Source: Octopus bimaculoides
Lineage: Eukaryota
Length of the DNA: 64,000 nucleotides
Direction: 5' to 3'
Assembly (NCBI RefSeq): GCF_001194135.2
Contig: NC_068982.1
Location: forward strand, 10,591,966-10,655,965
The position numbers were made by a program, and so were the translations under genes. Positions 63,151-64,000 of this stretch are shown piece after piece. The notes beneath the pieces are model-generated. The model searched no databases and had not been told where the DNA came from. It saw only the letters and a list, made by a program, of their open reading frames with translations. Numbering within the stretch: the first letter of the stretch is position 1; each line of letters begins with the position of its first letter.

Positions 63151-63605
63151 CTATACTTTATATTAATAATACAGTGATAATTTACATGGAATACTCCAAA
63201 ATTACCACAATACATAGCTGCATCGATTGTATTGGTTGTTAGAGAGAGCAGTTATTTTGCAGCAAAACTAAAGATTCCATTTTAATGTAACGTATCGTAA
63301 GTGTAATTTAGGGTCCTGATTCTCCGTGCTTTTAAGTTTCAGCTTTAAGAAACGTCAAATTCAAGGCAAAATTATAAAACGAAGTAGAGTCAAGTGTACA
63401 TAGAATATATAGCATCCATTTCCAAAATAAAATTTATGAAACGTAAGTTTTAAGTGCGTTACAAATGTTAGCTTAGAGACTAAACGTAGGCATTCATAGT
63501 AAATTATATGACATAGTTGTATTCGCATGGACATTTGTTATTATTTATTGAATACAGAAGGCAGGTACTCTAGATACACAAATTGCTTGAATACNNNNNN
63601 NNNNA

Positions 63606-63697
63606 GGAGAGAGAGAGAGAGCTTAGGAGAGAGAGAGAGAGCTTAGGAGAGAGAGAGAGAGCTTAGGAGAGAGAGAGAGAGCTTAGGAGAGAGAGAG
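63606..63697. repeat. 20-bp minisatellite (AGGAGAGAGAGAGAGAGCTT) x ~4.5
   Basis: Visible directly after a short N gap. Confidence 0.85.
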
Positions 63698-63859
63698 TTA
63701 ATAATCGATTGGAATTTGGATATACATGGATTTACATGGCGTTCTAAGCATTGGCTTGCTGCTATTTGAAATAGCTTTTTTTTACAACGCATACATGTAC
63801 ACACACATACACGCACGTACATATACACCCATGTATATTAATACTCAAGCAATGTTAAC

Positions 63860-64000
63860 GCGGTGAGCAAGTAGAATCGTTAGCAGGATGGACAAAATGC
63901 TTAGCGGCATTTCGTCCGTCTTTACATTCTGAGTTCAATGTCTGCCGAGGTCGACTTTGCCTTTTATCTTTTCGGGATCGATAAAATAAGTACCAATCGA
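63860..64000 (+). mobile_element. S1 SINE cut by the window end
   Basis: AGAATCGTTAGC…AAAATGCTTAGCGGCATTTCGTCCGTCTTTACATTCTGAGTTCAA. Confidence 0.85.

Noticed and set aside
1-64000. CRISPR arrays, rRNA or prokaryotic operons
   Set aside because: There is no repeat-spacer periodicity or rRNA similarity, and the sequence is eukaryotic repeat-rich DNA.

Overview
AT-rich, gap-riddled eukaryotic scaffold. The N runs are almost always bordered by (TA)n, (CA)n or (GA)n microsatellites. The repeat families look like those of an octopod cephalopod (inference from SINE sequence recognition, not a database result). No host protein-coding gene can be called with confidence, and most long ORFs in the track are artefacts of N gaps or microsatellites. 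The window is a transposon graveyard. It holds more than 20 tRNA-derived SINE copies from two main families (my labels S1 and S2), decayed DNA transposons (a DD34D mariner, two maT/DD37D-type Tc1/mariner relics, a Chapaev-3-like CMC relic, hAT and pogo-type MITEs), a non-autonomous Helitron, a 3'-truncated Tx1/L1-type LINE and an R4/Dong-type endonuclease fragment. The most interesting signal is two families of short Penelope-like repeats carrying minimal type I hammerhead ribozyme motifs. One family forms a ~400 bp unit flanked by target-site duplications (TSDs), with inverted arms around a tRNA-like Pol III head and a microsatellite. The window also has many long inverted repeats (arms of 42-395 bp).
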